This document shows, piece by piece, positions 59,053 through 64,000 of a stretch of 64,000 nt of DNA; position 1 is the first letter of the stretch; each line of letters begins with the position of its first letter. The DNA is taken from the NCBI GenBank assembly GCA_951406725.2, contig OX597827.1:80414001-80478000 (forward strand), read 5' to 3'. A model generated the notes under the pieces. The model saw only the letters and a program-made list of their open reading frames with translations, was not told where the DNA came from and ran no database searches. The position numbers were made by a program, and so were the translations under genes. Source of the DNA: Octopus vulgaris. Taxonomy: Eukaryota.

Positions 59053-61428
59053 TGGGGTAGGTTTTGGTAAAGTTCTCGACTGAACCGAAGATTCATATTT
59101 GTTCTGTAGCTGACCTTCTGCATAACATTCACTCTTGGATCTCTCAGAATAGATATTCCGCTTCACCATCTCTTCTGCATTCCTCGACATAGCAACAGAA
59201 GTGTTAGTCTGGTACAACAATTGTTTCATCTCTGCTCTACCTTGGTAGGCTGTATTCTTTGTGGCAGCAGCTGTGTTATCTCTGTGTTTAATACATTTCA
59301 TAATACACAGCGTTATAGAAACAACAATAGCCACTGATATTATTACTGCTGATGATACAATGATAATAACCCATGTCATATGGACCCGACCTGAAGATTG
59401 TAAAGGTCCACTCTTCGACATTGGTGATGTCTCGTTACTAACAGCCAATACCAAAGTGACACTAGTTGTTGACGACTGAACTGGACTACCACTGTCCTTC
59501 ACAACAAACACCAGCTCATAACTTCCAGCATCATTTAGATAAACTTGTCTGGAGAAGGATAAAGCACCACTGTGTGAGTTCATACTAAACAACTGTTTAT
59601 CATTTCCTTGTATGATTGCATATCTGAGGAAAGCATTGTTTCCACTGTCCCCATCAGAGGCTCTCAAAACTGTGATGTCACTCTTACTCTGCGGATGGTA
59701 CTGCACATTTAGCGTGTAAGGGTCACTACTAGGATATGTAAAATACGGAGCATTGTCATTTTGATCTAGAATCTCAACAATAACATTCGCTGTGTCATTC
59801 AGAGATGGGCTTCCATTATCTTTGACAAAAACCTCAAACTTATACACATCTTGTTTCTCTCTGTCCAATGACATGGTCGCTGAAATGAAGCCATAACTGG
59901 TGATGAGAAATGGGAGATTGGATTTTTCTTTACGCAGCAGAGAATATGTGAGTTGTCCAGCAGATCCAAGATCAGGGTCAGTGGCATTGACAAAACCAAT
60001 AGGGAAGTCTTTGTCTTTGTTTTCGTAGGTGAGGAATTGGAATGTATCTTTGGTAAACTGTGGTTGTACATCGTTGATGTCAGTCACTTGGATAGAGAGG
60101 CTTTTAACACTTTTAAGAGGAGGTAATCCTTTATCTTGACAGGAAACAGGAATGTTATAGTGTCCTTGTGTTTCTCTGTCCACTGGTTTGTTTAGAATGA
60201 TTTTATATTCTTTAGATCCCATTGACTGTAGTTTGAATGTATCATGTTTGATATCACAGCTGACCTCTCCATTTTGTCCCACATCATTGTCAGTGACCAT
60301 CACATAAGCAATGAAACTACCGACTTTGATGTTTTCAGAAATGGTAGCTGTGTTGTGATTCTGTGTAGAAACATAATCTATATCAATAGATGGAGGATTG
60401 TTGTGTTGGTTGATGACATTTATCAGAACAGTTGCTATGGAACTGAGAGGAGGGCTGCCTTCATCCCTGGCCTCTACAAATAATTCATAGGTTTTCTTTT
60501 TCCCTAAGTTTGAATATTCCCTTAAGAAAATGCTTCCACTGGTTTCATTTAACTGAAAATAGCTTTTTGCCAAATCTGATGTCTTTGGACTGAAATGGAA
60601 AGTAATTTTACCATTTTCACCAGAATCAGCATCTGTTACAGATAAAACAATGATGGGTTTAGATTTGTGATGTGTACTTTGTATAGACATATTGTATAGA
60701 GGTTTAGAAAATACAGGTGGGTTGTCATTAACATCTATTATGGAAATATTTATGTTTAAAATACCTTGTTTTGCTGGCGAACCTCCATCTTTAGCTATGA
60801 CCTGTAATAAATATGTATCTTTGATTTCTCTGTCTAATGATTCTTTCAAAACTATTTTAAGAGAAGAAATTCCATCAGCTCTTTTAGCCACTGACAGAGA
60901 GAATGGTTCTCCATTCTTTGATTTTAATTTATATTGTATTAATGAGTTTTGAAATCCTACATCCTTGTCTATGGCATTTGGTAACGATTTTTTTGAACCT
61001 TTTGAAATATCCTCTGCAAGCTGCATATTGATTTTAATCTTAGGAAATTTTGGTTCATGGTCATTGATGTCTTCTATTACTATTTTGATTTTTAATATCT
61101 TTGAAACACTGGTTCCTTTATTGACAACAACCTTCATAGTTCTGGAACATTCTTTGTTGAATGTGCAGAGATCTTCTGCATCCAGTGTCTGAGCAGTGTA
61201 CAGTTTACCTGTTTTGGTGATGTTAAATAACTGTGCCACCTTTCGTTTGAATTGACTGAATGTTATCAAATGTTGGTCAGATGGTTTAACATTGTCTAAA
61301 AGTTTAGAATCGGCAGCAATGTCTGCTACATAGGTTCCTGGACTTCTCTCTTCTTCCACATGGTAGGTAAGGTCTATGGTCAGCACACAGTGGACCACTA
61401 ATAATACTACAGAAAATGGCAGTAACAT
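59053..61428 (-). CDS. PCDH: Protocadherin P7 large exon
   Basis: 806-aa ORF with six EC repeats and TM. Donor at 59052; acceptor at 61480-61481. Confidence 0.97.
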
Positions 61429-63680
61429 GTTGTTGTGTTGGAACCAGATAAAGGTGTCCAGGACTGTTGAAGAATAAACCTAAAACAGAAATATACTTTC
61501 TTAAATTGTTATTATCAGACAAGTAAATATATTTATAGATTTGGGAACAAAAACTGCACCAGGCCAGCAGTCTAAAATATAATAATATCTGAATTACTAA
61601 GTTGGTATTAGGTAACTTTATTGAAGAATTAGTAATACTCATGCCATTCCCATAATATGAAAAAAATCTCTTACTCAGAAAAACTACAAGAATGTTGTTC
61701 AATATAATGTCTAGCTAATATTGAAATTTGATATGTGAAACACAATTACTTTTCTTGTACACTCCCTAAATTTATATACTGAAACACCAAACAATAGTTA
61801 AAAAAATCCCTCAGGTTTGGTCAAGAAAAAATATAGCTAATGAAATCTCTCTGACTCAGTCAAAAGTTTTCCCCTAAAATGAAATATACAATGAACTTGA
61901 CAAACTTATATTTCTTTCTATATTCATTAATCTGATATATGTATTCTCTAGAGACACGTCTACTGGAATCATTCTGCTTTCCATCACATATCAGGGGTCA
62001 TCTTCTTTGAAAATTTCTGTGTTAGCAAAGTAGTGACTCTTGACAGAGGCAAGAGACTTAGGCATGGGAACTCATTGGAAAAAGAGGCCATGCAAGGACT
62101 GCACTCATTTATGACAACTTGCATTGGAGGATGTGAACCTCAGGGTAAGGTTTTCTCTTTGTAAGAAAGAAAGAATCTTATGTTTTCTCCTATGCATATA
62201 TATAAAAAGAACTGCTGTATGTATAACACTCTCAATGTTCTGGTACATTAAAATAACTCCCTATAATTACGAGTGTGAAGTTTTGTTCTGAAACTAATTG
62301 TGTTATTGGTGATTATATTTAAAAGATAAAGAAGTAATTAACGTATAATTAAAACCAGGTCTAAATAGAAGTAATAATCATGAAAATAAAATCACAATAA
62401 AAGCCCATATCTAAAGAAATGAATTCAGAAATAAACTATAAAATTTAATATAGTTTCATGTAATTAAAAGTATGCTTGCAATAGCTTTCTTAAACATAAG
62501 TATTTATCCTTGTTTCTCAGAAATAGGATTGCCAACTAATAAAGATTAGAAAATGACATGTATTGACTAATATTGAAGATTAAAGATCTTATGACAAATA
62601 AAAGACTAATGTGTTATAGATTAAGTAAATTTTGATGACTACAGATTATAAAAAGTTGCAGTTTATGCAAATTATATAAAAACATGTTTATACATAGAAC
62701 ATTATGATCTAAATAGAAACGTTACAATGGGTCATAGAATACAATAATAAAAAAAAAGCACCAAGTCCTTCCGTAATAACTAAGCAAAATTAGAAATTTC
62801 CAACTCGTCAGATTGCCTTATAATGATGAAAATCCTCCTAAAGACAGATTGCTTTCAATATGATCTATTAAATTGGTATTGAAAATACACTTGATGTTTA
62901 ACTTCTGTAAAATATTGGCTTTAAATGTTCACATAATCTAACAGAATTTCACTATTGGAAATATTTGACAAAAAATATATATAACTGAAATTTTAGACAG
63001 AAATTACACAAATAATTAAATCACACACATACAAAAAAATTAAGTTTAAAAACATTAAAAATTACTATGATTTACACATAAATATATTTTAAGGAAACAT
63101 ATACAAAGATATTGCTAGCATTCTGCCTTTTCTACACAAAACTAGTCCTTGTCTTTTCTACAAGCCACCATTTCTATTCACTAATTTCCTTTGCTATTGA
63201 TCATTATTCCACATTAAAAATCTGTAACACAATGTTACTGCATCAATGCTATGAATCCACAAATTATAAAACAGATTTAAAAAGACTATAGTATATTTCT
63301 TCATATACTATATCAAACAACTTTTTGTAACTTTCCATAAATACAGACACAAAATTTCATCTTCTGAACAAAAACACTGCTACACTACGTTATACAGACA
63401 GCTGCCTACTGTTATTAGTCTGTTCATGCATCAAATATTATACAGCCATGGACGTTAGTGTTTCAACTGAATAAAGTTGAAATATGAAATACTTTTATCA
63501 ACGTCATCCAATTAATTATGGCATAAAAAAATATGAACAACACTACCATAAAATATGAGTGTATTATATTAATTCTTTTATTCTCTTGTCAACATCAAAT
63601 ATGTTAGAACAATATTGTTTCAAGTTCAGTGAGATTTATTGCATCAAATGAGGTTATAAAAAAATTAACTAGAAACTTAC

Positions 63681-63853
63681 CTTTTTGATAATTATATCAT
63701 TGGTTATTCAGTGAGAAAGAGAAAGATGTATTGTTGTAGAAAGATCCATTGTAAGTGCTGCTGTAATGGTGTGACAATGGCTGTTATGGTGATGGAGTAG
63801 TGTAGCACGTCAGGCAGAGAGTCTGCTGCTAGGAGAGGGTTGCATGTGTCACT
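63681..63853 (-). other. Predicted non-coding first exon of P7
   Basis: Leader copy with one substitution; donor AAAG|GTAAGT. Its CCAAT pair would fall just beyond the window end. Confidence 0.8.
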
Positions 63854-64000
63854 GAAGTTGTATGTTTTGTGGGAGTACGTCCATCTAATAATATTCTGTG
63901 CATGTATTTATCCTCAAAGATGATGTTTGTTTACTGTTATTCACACACACACACACATCTATATTCAAAGAGCTTCAATATTCAATAGTTAAACATAACT

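Noticed and set aside
1-64000. Vertebrate-style shared constant exons
   Set aside because: Each complete unit carries its own cytoplasmic exons and stop codon, so no shared constant region is needed. Sequence outside the window cannot be assessed.

Overview
AT-rich eukaryotic DNA full of microsatellites and transposon remnants. It holds part of a head-to-tail tandem array of six-EC protocadherin genes, all on the minus strand: six complete units plus the 5' end of a seventh at the left edge. The gene family, arrangement and repeat content suggest a coleoid cephalopod, probably an octopus (inference). The ~805-aa ORFs in the track are only the large exon. From splice signals and frame continuity, each unit appears to have four exons: (1) a ~173-nt non-coding leader that is almost identical in all seven copies; (2) a ~2.4-kb exon for signal peptide, EC1-EC6, TM and proximal tail; (3) a 154-nt exon carrying a YEEI motif; (4) a terminal exon ending DQNIYKNN...ETPVKHV-stop. 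The predicted proteins are ~868 aa. An inverted CCAAT pair lies ~205-235 bp upstream of each leader, and each predicted start is only ~0.8 kb from the previous gene's stop codon. Ectodomain diversity is confined to the end of EC1, EC2, EC3 and the start of EC4. Most of EC1 and the stretch from EC4 through exon 3, including a 171-nt intron, are homogenised. This parallels the independently evolved vertebrate clustered-protocadherin recognition code. Introns contain mariner, hAT and piggyBac-type elements, RTE and CR1 LINE ends, tRNA-derived SINEs, and Penelope-like remnants with minimal hammerhead-ribozyme motifs. Units are numbered P1 (left edge) to P7. All alignments were done by eye.
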